Below the pieces are notes generated by a model. That model was not told the origin of the DNA. It saw nothing but the letters and a program-made list of their open reading frames with translations, and made no database searches. Below, piece after piece: positions 1 through 11,880 of a DNA stretch of 64,000 nt; within the stretch, counting starts at the first letter, position 1; each line of letters opens with the position of its first letter. Origin of the DNA: Octopus sinensis (taxonomy: Eukaryota); the NCBI RefSeq assembly GCF_006345805.1, contig NW_021836290.1:136001-200000 (forward strand), written 5' to 3'. The translations under genes were made by a program, and so were the position numbers.

Positions 1-1570
1 GCTTTCTCATTTTCTGTGACCTTTTCTGGCGTATGCCTATACCATCTTTTTTCTGTTGTTATTCCATAATGTTGGCATAGCTTCCAATGTATGTAGGTTC
101 CAACTTTGTCATGTCTGTGAATATATTCCTTCTTAGCCAGGACTGGGCAGCTAGAGATAATATGATTTATTGTTTCTTGTCCATCTCCACATATTCTGCA
201 GTTACTTGTAATATTTCTTTTCATTACATGTTTTTGGTAATTTCTGGTGGGGAGGCTTTGGTCTTGTGCTGCAATTAAAAATCTCTCTGTTTCTGCTTTG
301 AGTCCTGAGCTTCTCAACCATTGCTGGGATTTTTCTTTGTCTATTTCTTTTGCGTTTAGTTTAGTGCAGTATTTACCATGAAGGGGCTTTTCTTGCCATC
401 GTTTTATCATGGTTCGTTGCTGTTCTATTTTTAGTTTGGATTTCATTTGTTTTATAGCTTTTGTTGTTTCTTCATCTTCTTCTTCTTCTTCTTCATGTTT
501 ATTAGGTGGTATGATTTCTTGTTTGTATTTGTCAGCTTCCTTAAATACTGAGAACAGTTTTTTGTTTTGCTCGTGTTTTGCTGCTATCTGGATCAGTTTT
601 CCTTCCTTCTGAAGTAGATATTTTTTTTGCAGTCCTATGGTGGTTATTTTATAGTAGTTTTCCAGCTGTATAAGGCCTCTACCACCTTCTATACGTGAGC
701 CATTCAGGCATTGTCTCTGGCTCTGCTAGTATGCTGTTAAAGTTTTCAGCCAGCTTTTTGTGCATTTCTGTTAGATATTTCAACCAGAAGTTGGGGATCT
801 TGTCATGCCCAGGTGCCTTCCAGTTGCTTAGTTTTTGCAGTGCCTGGGTGACCTCTTCAGTTGTTATGGGGGTCCAAAGTAGTTCAGATGCCGAGTTTGT
901 TATTTTGATACTCCTTTTTTTTGGCTGTTCGTTCGCCGACCATATTTCTCTCCAGAATTCTTCCAATTCTTCTGCCGTTGGTGCTGCAGTGACTTCTATT
1001 TTATTTTTGCCCAGTTCTTGGTAGAACTTTTTGGGGTTGGAGTTGAACTTTTTGTTCTGTTCAAAGAAGCGTTTGGATTTCATTTGTTTTATAGCTTTTG
1101 TTGTTTCTTCATCTTCTTCTTCTTCTTCTTCTTCTTCTTCTTCTTCTTCTTCTTCTTCATATTTATTAGGTGGTATGATTTCTTGTTTGTATTTGTCAGC
1201 TTCCTTAAATACTGAGAACAGTTTTTTGTTTTGCTCGTGTTTTGCCGCTATTTGTATCAGTTTTCCTTCCTTCTGAAGTAGATATTTTTGCAGTCCTATG
1301 GTGGTTATTTTATAGTAGTTTTCCAGTTGTATAAGGCCTCTACCACCTTCTACACGTTGTATATATAGTCTTTCTATGTCAGATTTTGGGTGATGCATCC
1401 TAGATCCTGTCATTATTTTTCTTGTTTTCCTATCTATTTTGGTCAGTTCATTTAGTGTTCAGTTAAGGATATTGTAGCTGTAACTTATAACTGGGACAGC
1501 TAAAGTGTTAATACCTATTATCTTGTTTTTAGCATTGAGCTCTGTTTTTAGTATTGATCTAACTCGTCTA
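1..1570 (-). mobile_element. R4/Dong-clade non-LTR retrotransposon (RT C-terminus, CCHC knuckle, start of RLE), internally rearranged; runs off the left edge
   Basis: Minus-strand translation YRRVRSILKTELNAKNKIIGINTLAVPV...RLYIQRVEGGRGLIQLE... and, over 1-440, LIAAQDQSLPTRNY..CRICGDGQETINHIISSCPVLAKKEYIHRHD. The 5' end abuts a (TAA)n tract at 1575-1645. Confidence 0.9.
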
Positions 1571-1572
1571 TA

Positions 1573-1645
<73 letters not shown>

Positions 1646-3235
1646 TAGTAAGAGAGCAGTGCAGGCCATAAATGTGATACTGTGGTAAAGTATACGAATC
1701 CCAGTATACCCATCATGACTACCTGTCTGGTAAGCGTACACCAGGCACACGCATCACACCCACATGTGCGCGACATCGTCATCTTATATCAAGATAAAAG
1801 CGCATGACCTTACAGGTGGGGCCCAATTAAAATTTTCTTCAGATCGAGTAGCCCCTCCTGCTCAAAAGGTCCCTAAATAAGGGTTGTTTAAGGATGTTGA
1901 ACGTAGCACCCATGTTTCCAAAGGTGAATTATCCAAACCTCAAAGAATTCCTTTCAATACATGGCTATGATGCTGCCCCACTACTTCTGCTCGTGATCAG
2001 AGATTCACATATCGTCAGGGACCAAGGGACATGCTCAACTGGTTATGGTCAAACAACTGCCAAGCAAACCTGCGGTATTGAGCAGACTATTTGCTGTGGC
2101 CCATCTTTTATACCAAGACAAATCTTTATTATTATTACTCATATACACTCAACAGATTAAACAGTTGGAAAAGAATCCTAACATGGCAAGAACCCTCCTA
2201 TAGGGTTACAGCAAGTAACTTTAGATAACAAAAACTCTCTTAAGTATGCTAGCTGTCCCTAATAACAGTTTTCTGGAACAGTACTGAGCTGGGTGTTATG
2301 TCTATTTCCTCTATACATCTGTTCAGTTCTTTACGGATAGTTCCAATCCACCTATAACTACTGGGATACATTTTACCCGAACTTTCTATAGTCCTGGTAC
2401 TTTTGCTATTTTTTCTATGCTTCTCATATTAATTTTTTCAACATTTGGATCTCTAAAGTTAATTATGTGGTACTTTCTATTCTCTTTATCTACTACTACC
2501 AAATCAAATTTCTAGCTTCTATTACTCTGTCAGTCTGAATGTTGAAACTCCCACAACAGCTTGTACTTCTTACTTTATAGTACTTTACTAGGTTCATGCT
2601 CATACAATTTATCAGTATGTTCAAATCCTAGCTTTCTACATAACTCCCAGTGGATTGCCCTCCCTAGATTGTCATGTCTTTTCTTGTATTCTTTCTGTGC
2701 CAGCAAGCTACATTCACTTACTATTTGAATAACGCTTTCCTCTTTCGATTAGTAAAATCTACATTGGGAATCTACTTGGTTTTTGGATATCTTAGTTTTT
2801 ATACAATTAGTCCTTAATGCTTGATCCTTCTTAATTTTCGTTTTCATTTATGTAGTTAGTACCTGTCATATTCTAATACTCCTAGATACTTATAACTCTC
2901 TCCTAATTTCAATGATTTAATGTCTGGCCATCCGGTAATTGGATGCATTCACTGTTGACTACCTGTCCCATTCTCATGACTAATATTGCACACTTATCTA
3001 TACCAAATTCCATGTCTGTATCTTTGCTGAAGAGTCTTACAGTCTGTATTAAGGAATCTATCGCTTTTTCAATCTTACTAAAAATTTTCAGATTATCTAC
3101 GTAGAGCAAATGGTTAATTTTTCCATTCCCTGCCTTTGCCTTCCTTAAAACTAAACTGAAGGGAATCAAACAGAACAAATATTAAAGGGGACAATGAGCT
3201 CCCTTGGAAAATTCCTTTTTTGATATTAACTTTCC
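1646..3235 (-). mobile_element. Second, more decayed R4/Dong-like element (RT core, RLE domain, ~500-nt 3' UTR) ending in a (TAA)n tail
   Basis: IFQGSSLSPL / INHLLYVDNLKIFSK..MEFGIDKCA (RT, YMDD-like motif), KRHDNLGRAIHWELCRKLG, IPVVIGGLGTI; the UTR ends directly in (TAA)n at 1645. Confidence 0.8.
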
Positions 3236-3239
3236 CTGC

Positions 3240-3271
<32 letters not shown>

Positions 3272-3331
3272 GTCATCGTCATCGTCATCGTCGCTGTCGT
3301 CGTTGTTGTTGTTGTTATTATTATTATTATT

Positions 3332-4077
3332 CAGTAGTTTTATTTTTATAGCGTGCATTCACTTCACTACCGAGCGCAGCTCTCTGTGCCTTGGGTATGT
3401 GCTGTGATTTGTTGTGATGCTCTGATGGTTATTGTATGGAAAGTATTCTGCGTAGGATGTGTGCAGTGCCTAGTAGTGCAATTTTCTGTATGTTATATGT
3501 GTTTGTAAGTCCTGGTGTTTTTGTTATGTATTTGTCTGAATATTTTTTATCATGCCTAATGCGCCTACTATGATAGGAATTGTTTCTGTTTTCAGGTTCC
3601 ACATTCTGGTTACCTCTATTTCCAGGTCTTTGTATTTTGAGAGTTTCTCCATTTCTTTTAGAGACACGTTGTCATCTGCCGGTATTGATACATCAATTAG
3701 AAAGCATTTTTTTTCTTCATGATCTCTGACAACTATATCTGGTCTGTTGGCCTTACTTTCTCTATCTGTGTGTATCGGCATATCCCAGAGTATGGTTGCT
3801 TTCTCGTTTTCTGTGACCTTTTCTGGTGTGTGCCTATACCATCTTTTTTCTGTTGTTATTCCATAATGTTGGCATAGCTTCCAATGTATGTAGGTTCCAA
3901 CTCTGTCATGTCTGTGAATATATTCCTTCTTAGCCAGGACTGGGCAGCTAGAGATAATATGAGTTATTGTTTCTTGTCCATCTCCACATATTCTGCAGTT
4001 ACTTGTAATATTTCTTTTCATTACATGTTTTTGTAATATTTCTTTTCATTACATGTTTTATTTCTTTTCATTACATG

Positions 4078-4086
<9 letters not shown>
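3332..4086 (-). mobile_element. 5'-truncated R4/Dong copy (CCHC + RLE + 3' UTR), same family as 1-1570, flanked by (TAA)n on both sides
   Basis: ORF 3524-4021 CRICG..HIISSC..RPDIVVRD..LIDVSIP..KLSKYKDL; after a frameshift near 3540 it continues QKIALLGTAHILRRILSIQ*. 3798-4030 is nearly identical to 1-235. Confidence 0.9.
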
Positions 4087-4127
<41 letters not shown>

Positions 4128-4128
<1 letters not shown>

Positions 4129-4330
4129 TATCATTATCTTTTGTACAGCTTTTAACGCTGGAGATGTGCATCAGTGTCAGCTGTTCACTACCAGTGAACT
4201 AAGATAACATCCCTTATTTTTTGAGCACCAACCGGAGTATTCAAGCGGTTCAAACCAGTGCTGTTTTCTTGAAGTGCTTAAAAGATATATGCTAGTTCAC
4301 AAAAATATTCCTTCAGAATCAAATCCCAAA
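4128..4330 (-). mobile_element. Probable 3' UTR of a further Dong-like element ending in (TAA)n
   Basis: Minus strand ...ggtagtgaacagctgacactgatgcac...(taa)n resembles the ggtagtgaagtgaatgcac...(taa)n end of the 3332-4086 copy; no coding part recognised. Confidence 0.4.
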
Positions 4331-4679
4331 GGTCAAAGATGTGGAAGAAACTTAAATAATATATGTTACTTGTGTTTTAAACTTTGTCAGTTAGCAGCTG
4401 GTCTTCAAAGTCATCTGAGGAAAGAATTTTACATTTTCAAGTAACATGTAAAATTCTTCCCTGAAGATGGAGGCTGGTGGTATCCGATGATGGAATCAAG
4501 TTACAATAATCATTTTAGACCACCAAGTCCTCAGAAATAGCTGTTGGTCTCGTAAAACCCTTACTCAAGCCCTTTAATTCCTCTCTTATATGCCTACATA
4601 TGTACATTTATTGTATTAAAAATATTTAATATTTTTTTTAAAATCGACTTGCCTAATTTGCTTCTCCTTAGATTTGCTC

Positions 4680-4838
4680 ATGTGTGTGTGTGTGTGTTTG
4701 TGTGTGTTTGTGTGTATGTGTGTGTGTGTTTGTGTGTATGTGTGTGTGTGTGAGTGTGTTTGTGTGTATGTGTGTATGTGTGTGTGTATGTGTGTGTGTG
4801 TGTGTTTGTGTGTATGTGTGTGTGTGTGTGTGTGTGTA
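4680..4838. repeat. (TG)n compound microsatellite
   Basis: Direct inspection. Confidence 0.95.
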
Positions 4839-5578
4839 TTTGCATATACGCTCATTCTTTTATTATTCTACTTCATATATTCCATAAGTTATTTAACTTA
4901 CAAATAAACAAGAGCTGCACAAGAAACAAACAACATACCAACGAAGCTAAAAATTAACAAATCTCCTAAGATTTTTAATCAATAACCGAAAATAAATGGA
5001 ACGGTAATAAACAAAACAATGTCGATTAAGTGAAAAGTGATTGAAGCCCAGAAGTAATCTACAAAGCGATAGAGCTGTAAGAGTGAAAAATAATATAATC
5101 TTTGTTGGAGAACAAGGAAAAGGATCTAAACAAAATGCACACATCATATGTACCCATTCCAAAATATGTACAGAACATATGTATTAAAGGAACCAAATAT
5201 GAACTATCAGCCCTTGCATAAAGTGTTACAGGCTTCGACTTCTGTTCACAACAAATAATTACAATATAATTGCGAAACAAATATGGCCCCTTAAAAGGAA
5301 AAAATAAAACTAAGTGAAATCGCATTGTACATACTTTAATAATTTTATTTACAAATCTAAAATAATGACGTAACAGAAAATGAGAGTGCATTGAAGACAT
5401 GGAAATACAGATGCCAACAGAATAACAGGTTAGAAAGACAAAGAAAAAGAAATCGCCAATAAATTAAATGAGCAAGTCAAATAACAACCTAAAGAAACCG
5501 GATACAATTACTGAAAACACAACAGAATAACAGATTTTGCGACATTAGACAGAAGCACCCGACTCTGTACAGGCTTCA

Positions 5579-5580
5579 AT

Positions 5581-5642
<62 letters not shown>
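5579..5642. repeat. (ATG)n microsatellite
   Basis: Direct inspection. Confidence 0.95.
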
Positions 5643-5914
5643 ACTTTAGCGAAATTTGATGTAATAAAAAAATCGGATGAGACAAAACAACCGAATTATG
5701 TAATAAAAAGCAATAACACGACAAAAATCTAAAATACATCACACTAACAAAATGGTATTTAGCAAGTAGCCAATAAAAACGATGGCCACACAGAGAGACA
5801 AGGCCGGTTAGATGCATATACAACCAGCTTGAAATAACCAAAACAATTGCTTGACATATGTTCTCTTCTAGATTACAAGCTACATACAGGCATTCATATA
5901 CATGCATATACACG

Positions 5915-5974
<60 letters not shown>

Positions 5975-6054
5975 ACAGAAGTAAATAGACACCCTTATAA
6001 TCATTAAAATTTATTTAAATCTGAAATTATACATTCAAATTATCATGTGAAAAT

Positions 6055-6990
6055 TTGGTATTTAGTAGACATGCCCTTTGCATTTTTCATTAGGCATGTT
6101 ACTGATCAGATGACGAATATTCTCTTGCGGAATTTCTGGCCAAGTTTCATGCAATTATCTCAAAAAATCTGGCTTTGAAGATGCTTTCTTGTTCTTTTTA
6201 TGAAGTGGCATGTGCATTATGTCCCAGAGGTGTTCAGCAGTGTTCATACCTAGGCCATGGAAGATTTTTAATATCATTTTCATCCAACAAATCTTGGGTC
6301 ATTTTAGCCGTGTGACAAGGAGCTCCATCTTCCATAAATAGACTTCTTTAATCGTTTTACCTCTGGAAAAGATTGGAAAGAATCTTTTTTGCAATATGGA
6401 CACATCTGAGTTTATGTTTCCGTCACACTCCACCAGCTCCAAATTGCTCCCCAGACCATCACAGAATAGCTCCCGTGTTTCTTTGTTGACTGCAATCTTT
6501 TCACATCAAATTCTTAATCACAGAGTCTCCAGACCCACACTCGACTACTGTCAGGAAATACAGTAAGTCTGGACTCATCAGAGAATATGCTTGTCCCAAA
6601 ATGCTAGTGGCCTCGCCACCATCTCATTTTTTTCTGCTTGATGTTGGCTGGTCAAAGAAATGGCTTCCTTCTTGCTGCTCTGTCATACTAACCAAGTTTG
6701 TGGAGATAGCTGACAGCTGTTCTGGGACGGACGTCAACTTGTTCTGTTATGCCAGAGGACTTACCACAAGGATTATCCTCTACATTTCTCTTAGCAAAGA
6801 GAAGGGTCCTGTCAGAGGGCCCTGGTTGAGCTGGGCGAGGTGATGTGGACTTCTTCCCCTCTCTGGTGAATCGCACTATCACTCTACTAATTGTAGAAAG
6901 CGGGATCGCAAGGTTTTCTGCAATTTTACGCTATGTTCACCTTCAGAATGATCCACAGTACAGCCTTTTCGAAATTCAGACAGTTTCAAG
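6055..6990 (-). mobile_element. Tc1-family DD34E transposase pseudogene
   Basis: Minus-strand frames give [28 protein letters not shown] (HTH), [16 protein letters not shown] (first Asp), MEDGAPCHTAK (second Asp), NLPWP and IRHLISNMP..KGMSTKY. Several frameshifts and stops; TIRs not resolved. Confidence 0.85.
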
Positions 6991-7079
6991 GCCTCTTTTG
7001 TACATTGTATATCTAAACAATCACAAATAAAACCTGAAACATAAAAATGTCAATTAATAAAAAATATAAACCTTTACAG

Positions 7080-7905
7080 GTTAGAATAGACATAAAACGA
7101 TGTTTTATGGAGTGTCTGTTTACTTCTGTTATGTCTATGTACCCACACCCATAGTGCGTATATCAGGTTCTCCGAAACACATGTGAAGCTGCTTTTCACT
7201 GTGAAATGTTGTCCCTATTTGAAGGAGAATTCTGATCCCTCAATTAAATTGACGCATATCCCACAGTTGGGTCTTCCGCTTTTTTTTTACTGGCGTCTTC
7301 AGTGATTTTGTTGAGCGTATTCGAGCTTGTGTTAGGAGACTTTTCATAGATTTGAGTTCTCTCTTGATTTTTATGATATTGTGTTTGGAGGATTAAGTTC
7401 ATTCTGTGGTCCTGAGAATATTTTGAAGGATGGTGGCGAAGGCTTCATTGTTAAGAGGGTTGTGTGTGGGAGATGTATGGTAGGGCTTTTGGTTGTAAAT
7501 CCTTGGGATGTCTGAGTTCGTGGATGTTGAGTTGTAGGGCACGTTGAAACCATATGTCAATTAGTGATTGTTAGTTCCTGGTGATGAGTCTATCCTTTAG
7601 TTCATGTAGTCGTATGTCTCTGGTGTTTGCATTAGAAACTATAGTACATATCCTTATTGCTAGGTTGAAGGGGATATTCATTCTGGTGTGTCTGGGGTGG
7701 CATGAGTTGAACGGTAGATATTGCATGGAGTCCGCGGGCTTATATATCTGTTTCTATTACGTTGTTGGATTTCTTGATGAGGGTGTCGAAGAAGGGAAGT
7801 CGTTGATGGGTATATTCCATCGTGAATTGAATGTTTACGTCAAGTCCATTTATAAGTGCTTGAAATTCTTTAAGTCTCTCTATACTTTCATGCCAAAGAA
7901 TGAAA
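7080..7905 (-). mobile_element. Penelope-like element fragment (RT thumb, Cys linker, start of GIY-YIG)
   Basis: NIQFTMEYTHQRLPFFDTLIKK..IETDI, then remnants aligning to LPYISTxNP, CGRPNCG and SENLIYAL; homologous to the element at 28.5-29.6 kb. Confidence 0.8.
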
Positions 7906-7961
<56 letters not shown>

Positions 7962-8174
7962 GTGCGTGAGCTGCCTAAGAGACCATAAGTCACGGGAAAG
8001 ATGCACTTGTATATCAGTGGGTATATTGTCTGAAATGTAGAGTATTAGATATCCATCACGGCTGATCAGTTGCCATATTCTCTTCTAACTCTGATGAGTG
8101 TAAAGTTATATAATCATTGTATTCTTTACGCAAATGTATCAGTAGTGATGGATATCTAATACAATACATTTTGG

Positions 8175-8250
<76 letters not shown>

Positions 8251-8266
8251 TATATATCTTATTATC

Positions 8267-8700
8267 TCTTATTATAAAAGGCAGATTTTATCTGCCTCCC
8301 TTTGTCAGTTATAGAAATCTACAATATAGGATTTCTTCAATTACAATTTACCTAGCATTTTTAAGAGTAGAATGCATCGGGTCATGCCAGGTCCAGTTTT
8401 TAAAATTTAAACTCCAATTAAGCAAAATTTACAGAAAACTCACATTCTGGTGTGTATGTCAAATGCTTTTCTTAATGTGGTTTACACCACACGCACACGC
8501 ACTCACACAGTGTGCAACGAATAAAATGAAAGTAATTCACTGTGTGTGTGTTGACAGGTAGACAATAGAATGCGATGGCGATGGCGATGTAATATTTGTT
8601 TCTGTCTATCACGCTGATAGATACATGAGTAAAATGTATGGCAAGCTAAGAGATAAGAGTGAGTGAAAATGTTCTTGGAAGAGAGTAAATAGCGAGAGTG
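8267..8700 (+). mobile_element. Non-autonomous Helitron family B, 5' portion (TCTTATTATAAAAGGCAG start) next to (TA)n
   Basis: Nearly identical to 10237-10570; 5'-TC start typical of Helitrons; 3' end not identified. Confidence 0.6.
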
Positions 8701-8761
8701 ATTTGAGGAAGACTTTACATTAAATAACCGTAGTGGCTTGTATATATATATATATACATAC

Positions 8762-9025
8762 ATAAGACAGTAAGGTGTGATTTGAGGGAGATTTAGCTGC
8801 TATTTCTACCATGTCTAGCTGCCATGTAGGGGTCTCCCTCATAGGCTCATACATACATATATACATAGATAAGACAGTAAGGTGTGATTTGGGGGAAATT
8901 TGGCTGCTATTTCTACCAGGTCTAGCTACCATGTAGAGGTCCCCCTCATTGGCTCATATATATATACATACATAAGACAGTAAGGTGTGATTTGAGGGAG
9001 ATTTGGCTGCTGTTTCTACCAGGTC
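8762..9025 (+). repeat. ~105-bp tandem repeat, about 2.5 units
   Basis: ataagacagtaaggtgtgatttg(a/g)gggagattt.gctgctatttctacc at 8762, 8869 and 8973; a related single copy at about 63910. Confidence 0.85.
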
Positions 9026-9119
9026 TGTTAGGCCTTCTCATGTAAACTCAAGCTTTCTCATGTCTTGAACATAAAACCAAAGCAGAGAATGTATTCTTTT
9101 ATTCTTCTGCTTTTTCCAG

Positions 9120-9305
9120 CCATTGGTCTGTGGCCATGCAGGGGCAATGCCTTGAAGAATTGTAGTTTAATGAATCAACTCCAGTTTTATTTTTGTAAGC
9201 ATTGTACTTATTCTATCTGTTTCCTTTGTCAAACCACTAGGTGACAGGGATGTAAACAAACCAACATTCGTTGTCAAGCAGTGGTGGAGGACAATCACAA
9301 GCACA
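9120..9305 (-). mobile_element. 3' part of the abundant tRNA-derived SINE (tail GGTGCTCCAGCATGGCCGCAG type)
   Basis: Diverged similarity to the complete copy at 55696-56143. Confidence 0.65.
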
Positions 9306-9389
9306 GACACGCACACACACACATACATGCATACACATATACACACATACATACATACATACATATATATATGTGTGTGTATATATATA

Positions 9390-9711
9390 TTGCAGCGTGG
9401 AAGGTGTTTGTAAGCCATTTAAGAAACACACAAAAACCGTTAGATTCACTTCAACATTTAATTTTAATTTGCCAAAATATTTTCCTCGCTTTGAGACCGC
9501 GACCTGTTCACTGACAAAAATATCGTGCTAACAGGTCGCGGTCTCAAAGCGACGAAAATATTTTGACAAATTAAATTTAAATGTTGAAGTGAATCTAACG
9601 GTTTTTGTGTGTTTCTTAAATGGCTTACAAACACCTTCAACGCTGCAACTGTTTTCGTTCCAGCACACGATCTCAGATCAAGTCACTTGCTATGCAAGTA
9701 CATCTCTGTAA
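9390..9711. mobile_element. Palindromic MITE-like fold-back (119-bp arms, 21-nt loop; left terminus lost)
   Basis: 9390-9508 is the near-perfect reverse complement of 9530-9648; second partial copy at 18371-18600. Confidence 0.8.
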
Positions 9712-9718
9712 CTATATA

Positions 9719-9779
<61 letters not shown>

Positions 9780-9841
9780 TGGTAAAACAGTAAGATAACA
9801 AAAGAAAGAAAGAGACCTCAATATTATGTAAATAGAGGAAA

Positions 9842-10236
9842 TCTTTATATATAAAAGTGAGGTTGTGTGTCTGTCTCCTACGATTTAGATTCGTAACTAC
9901 TCCCACATTTTGCGGTGCAGTTTAACCAAAACCGGGTATCTTATAGTCGTGATTCATATCGAGACCGTCTGGGTATTAGCGCGCGTCTACGATGAGTCTA
10001 CGATTTAAAAAAAAATTTACCATCAATTTTTCCCATTTTTAATCCATTTTTGACATATATAAGAGAAGTAACTCTCTAAAATTTATTATTAAATCTCAGA
10101 ACGTAAAAAGCTACAGTAACACCCCTCCCCCTTTGTGGTTAGCCATATTGAGATAGCTATTATACTTTACATCTCTAAAAATGCTTATATAATTATTTCC
10201 CTTACAAACCCGAGCAACGCCGGGCGATACTGCTAG
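9842..10236 (+). mobile_element. Complete non-autonomous Helitron family A
   Basis: 5' A^TCTTTATATATAAAAG; 3' hairpin CCCGAGCAACGCCGGG (10209-10224) then CTAG^T; second copy at 14316-14712. Confidence 0.85.
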
Positions 10237-10570
10237 TCTTATTATAAAAGGCAGATTTTATCTGCCTCCTTTTGTCACTTATAGAAATCTACAATATAGG
10301 ATTTCTTCAATTACAATTTACCTAGCATTTTTAAGAGTAGAATGCATAGGGGCATGCCAGGTCCAGTTTTTAAAATTTAAACTCCAATTAAGCAAAATTT
10401 ACAGAAAACTCACATTCTGGTGTGTATGTCAAATGCTTTTCTTAGTCTGGTTTACAGCACACGCAAACGCACACACACAGTGTGCAACGAATAAAGTGAA
10501 ACTAATTCACTGGGTGTGTGTTGACAGGTAGACAATAGAATGCGATGGCGATGTAATATTTGTTTCTCTC
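10237..10570 (+). mobile_element. Helitron family B 5' portion fused to the end of Helitron A
   Basis: Starts TCTTATTATAAAAGGCAG immediately after CTAG; matches 8267 onward. Confidence 0.65.
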
Positions 10571-10957
10571 TATGACGCTCATAAAAGCATTGATGTACAT
10601 GTGTGCGTGCGTGAGTGTGTGTGTGTCATTCCTCACACACACGCATACACATACATATATGAGAGTGGCAAACACAAACGTTTCAAACAACTACATACAA
10701 ACACGTGTGTGTTTGTTATTAGTAAAAAAGGCGCCAAAACACAACTCACTTATCATTCCAACACATTTGCAAAGACACACGGACGGTCGAATAACAATAC
10801 AGAAAAGCTAAATTGGTTTTTATTTTACTCTGTATATATTTTATTATATAATATTATATATAGATATATGTATATATAATTGCAGTATGAAACAGTGTTT
10901 ATGTATAAACAGACGACACTTATATATAGTTATTAATAAATGTATGCATCCGTTTAA

Positions 10958-11848
10958 CCCTTTCGTTACCAAACCGCCCGAAAAAAATTTTGGTTAATGT
11001 GACCAAGCCGCCCGAATTTACCTATTCATATTTAAATGAGAATATCAGAGTAAATCTCTTTAGAACATTCGTGAAAACACGTATTATACTTCGTAAACAG
11101 TTCAACTACAGTTTTGTACAAAAATCGAAGTGTAATTTTAATTCCGTGAATTATGGGAGATTTTTTCCGAAATTTGTTACTATTGTGTTTTCAAAATTTG
11201 TAATTCTGACAAAAAATGGATACGAATTTCATTATATCAAGCAGCGAGTCAGAATTCGAAGGATTTTCTACTGAAGACCTTCATAAATCTAACTCTATGA
11301 CTGAAAAAAAAAAGCATGTGGTATTTGATAATGAATCTGATGTTTCATTTTCCGAAAGTGAAAACAGTGAATCTGAGATCTCCGACAGCGATAAAGAAAA
11401 TGATTTGGCACCTGAATGGAGTGAAAATTTAAAAACTGTTTCTTTCGGTGATTTTTCTGAAGAAACTGGACCAAGCCACAGACTTTCCCAGAAGAGTAAA
11501 GCCTTAGACTATTTCTTTTTACTTTTTCGAATGAGCCTATTTGAAATCATTACGGCGGAAACGAACTGTTACGCTCAACCTAAACAAAGCGAAAGAAACG
11601 ATAGTTTGTTATTTCCCACAACCTTAAATGAAATTAAGGCCTATTTTGCCATAAATATTATTATGGGTATTAGAAAGTTACCCAGAATAACAAATTCTAT
11701 CGTAAAATTTTGTTGTATACCCAATTGAATATTAGCTAATAACCCATTTTTTATAGCGATGTTTGAACAAAATTTTAATAATTTTATATATTGTTGAATT
11801 TACCTGTATCTACCTGCAATTAGAGTCACTTTGTGACAAAAATTATAG

Positions 11849-11880
<32 letters not shown>

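Noticed and set aside
4950-5400. Possible decayed GIY-YIG domain (also 23540-23990)
   Set aside because: Only vague motif echoes; not supportable by eye.
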